The translations under genes and the position numbers were made by a program. Below are positions 62,919 to 64,000 of a stretch of DNA of 64,000 nucleotides, piece by piece. Location of the stretch: the IMG/VR virus record IMGVR_UViG_3300042397_003635; one strand, written 5' to 3'. Source of the stretch: a virus. Lineage: Duplodnaviria > Caudoviricetes. Under the pieces are notes generated by a model. It did not search any database. It saw only the letters and a list, made by a program, of their open reading frames with translations, and was not told where the DNA came from. Each line of letters starts with the position of its first letter. Positions within the stretch are counted from its first letter, which is position 1.

Positions 62919-63208
62919 TTTGTTTCCGAAGTTTTCTGATTGTATCTTTTTCTAATTAATTTACCCAATTCCATATCGTTTGGAGTTTCATTAATTAGAT
63001 CAGTTTGAATTACTAAGAAATTTCCTTGTATTGAATTCCAAAAAACTCGGCTTGCTTCGTTAAGAGCCTCTTCGTCTTTCATATAGGTAATATTACCAGT
63101 TTTATCAATTTCAATTAGTCTTTCGCCAGCATCATTAATTGTAAAAAGATATTCTGGTTGAACTAATTTAAGTTCACCAATTGGTTCTAAATTTTCGTGA
63201 TTGTCCAT
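62909..63208 (-). CDS. Hypothetical protein (99 aa)
   Basis: First ORF after the terminator; AGTAAAAT upstream. Confidence 0.65.
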   Translation of the reverse strand: MDNHENLEPIGELKLVQPEYLFTINDAGERLIEIDKTGNITYMKDEEALNEASRVFWNSIQGNFLVIQTDLINETPNDMELGKLIRKRYNQKTSETKWM

Positions 63209-63259
63209 TATAGTAGGTTTAAGATATTTTACTATAGTTAATTACCAAAGTTTATGCAT

Positions 63260-63284
63260 AAAAAAAGCTGCCCGAAAGCAGCTT
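63260..63284 (-). terminator. Intrinsic terminator
   Basis: Minus strand AAGCTGC-TTTCGG-GCAGCTT-TTTTT. Confidence 0.85.
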
Positions 63285-63320
63285 ATTTAGAGTTGGAGCT
63301 CTAGGTTCCAAAGGAATCCT

Positions 63321-63860
63321 TTATTGTTTTTTCTTCTCAATATCAGAAGAAATTTTCTTTTTAAGTTGTTTAATTGAATTTAAGGCTTTACTATTATCAG
63401 TTCTTGTCTCAATTATAGTTGGTTCAGGTTCATCTGGTATTATTGAATATGCAACTTGAATAGTATCTTCAGTTGAGCTAGGCGAGCGTCTTATCATTCG
63501 ATTGCTAGTTTCTGCTCGTTTCTCAGTTCTAGTAATAGTGGTTTGTCCACGTTCCATTTCAATTTCAATTGAAGTAATAATGCCAAGAATTTCCTTTTCT
63601 TTTGCAATTAAGTCATTTGTGCAGCTACGTTGATTGTCTAATACTTGTTGTGTTAATTCTCCAACTCGTGAATTTAATTCAAAGATTTCAGTTTTTTGAC
63701 GATTTACCTTAAGGTTGAGTTCTTCATGGTCCATTGTAACACTATCGAATAGGCGTGGGCCAACTGTCATTAGTGTTATAGCAATTAGTAAAAATACCAG
63801 GGCAAAAAGTCTCTGCCCTGGTGTAATTGTAGTTAATATGTCTTTAATGTACTTAATCAT
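63321..63860 (-). CDS. Membrane-anchored coiled-coil protein (inner-spanin-like candidate)
   Basis: N-terminal TM RLFALVFLLIAITLMTVG followed by a coiled coil; coupled (TAATG) to the upstream putative endolysin. Confidence 0.55.
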   Translation of the reverse strand: MIKYIKDILTTITPGQRLFALVFLLIAITLMTVGPRLFDSVTMDHEELNLKVNRQKTEIFELNSRVGELTQQVLDNQRSCTNDLIAKEKEILGIITSIEIEMERGQTTITRTEKRAETSNRMIRRSPSSTEDTIQVAYSIIPDEPEPTIIETRTDNSKALNSIKQLKKKISSDIEKKKQ

Positions 63861-64000
63861 TATACAATATCCTTAGACTCAATTAGAGTGTAGGTAAATG
63901 ATTTACCATGGATTGCAGCGGCTTTTCTACAAAGAGCCATAAAATCTTCAAACTCAGCAGCCTTTTTAAATACTTGACATCCTTCTGACCAGTTTTCTAC
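63860..64000 (-). CDS. C-terminal end of a putative L,D-transpeptidase-fold peptidoglycan hydrolase (partial)
   Basis: Open from the window end: VENWSEGCQVFKKAAEFEDFMALCRKAAAIHGKSFTYTLIESKDIV*; S-x-G-C resembles the YkuD catalytic motif. Confidence 0.55.
   Translation of the reverse strand, partial: VENWSEGCQVFKKAAEFEDFMALCRKAAAIHGKSFTYTLIESKDIV

Noticed and set aside
1-64000. Stop-codon reassignment (TAG or TGA readthrough as in some large phages)
   Set aside because: Core genes (capsid 505 aa, portal 569 aa, UvsW 520 aa, gp46, gp41) are full length in the standard code, and TAG/TGA act as real stops with coupled downstream starts (e.g. 8646-8648, 37324-37326).
1-64000. tRNA, tmRNA or rRNA genes
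   Set aside because: Intergenic gaps are short and explained by promoters and terminators; no T-loop GGTTCGA or cloverleaf was seen by eye. tRNAscan-SE would be the decisive check.

Overview
AT-rich 64 kb fragment of a large T4-like myophage genome (probably a jumbo phage, host possibly Bacteroidota), read in the standard bacterial code. The plus strand carries T4-type replication/recombination genes (gp32, RNase H, UvsX, gp41, gp46/47, UvsY/UvsW, primase) and the gp4/gp2/portal block. The family-B DNA polymerase is split into two genes about 38 kb apart. The minus strand carries most virion genes (sheath, tube, major capsid, protease-scaffold fusion, baseplate, neck), many behind an ATAAATA late-promoter motif. 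Also present are GroES, DnaJ, an N-domain-less ClpC, and nucleotide enzymes including a canonical ThyA and a second, dCMP-type thymidylate-synthase homologue. The main unexplained signal is about 15 minus-strand ORFs sharing a short [VIM]-x-x-[FY]-x-x-[FYW] motif, often next to an [IVL]-x-E site. This matches the T4 capsid-targeting sequence (MKTYQEFIAE) and the gp21 cleavage rule, but here it occurs N-terminally, internally and C-terminally. Tagged proteins include a 964-aa RNA-ligase/NTase-like/nuclease polyprotein, a HAD-NTase fusion and a protein carrying an ungapped 36-aa copy of the capsid N-arm. This suggests an extensive protease-processed capsid cargo system. No tRNA, rRNA, CRISPR array, intron or intein was recognised. 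All family calls are by eye from motifs; no database search was run.
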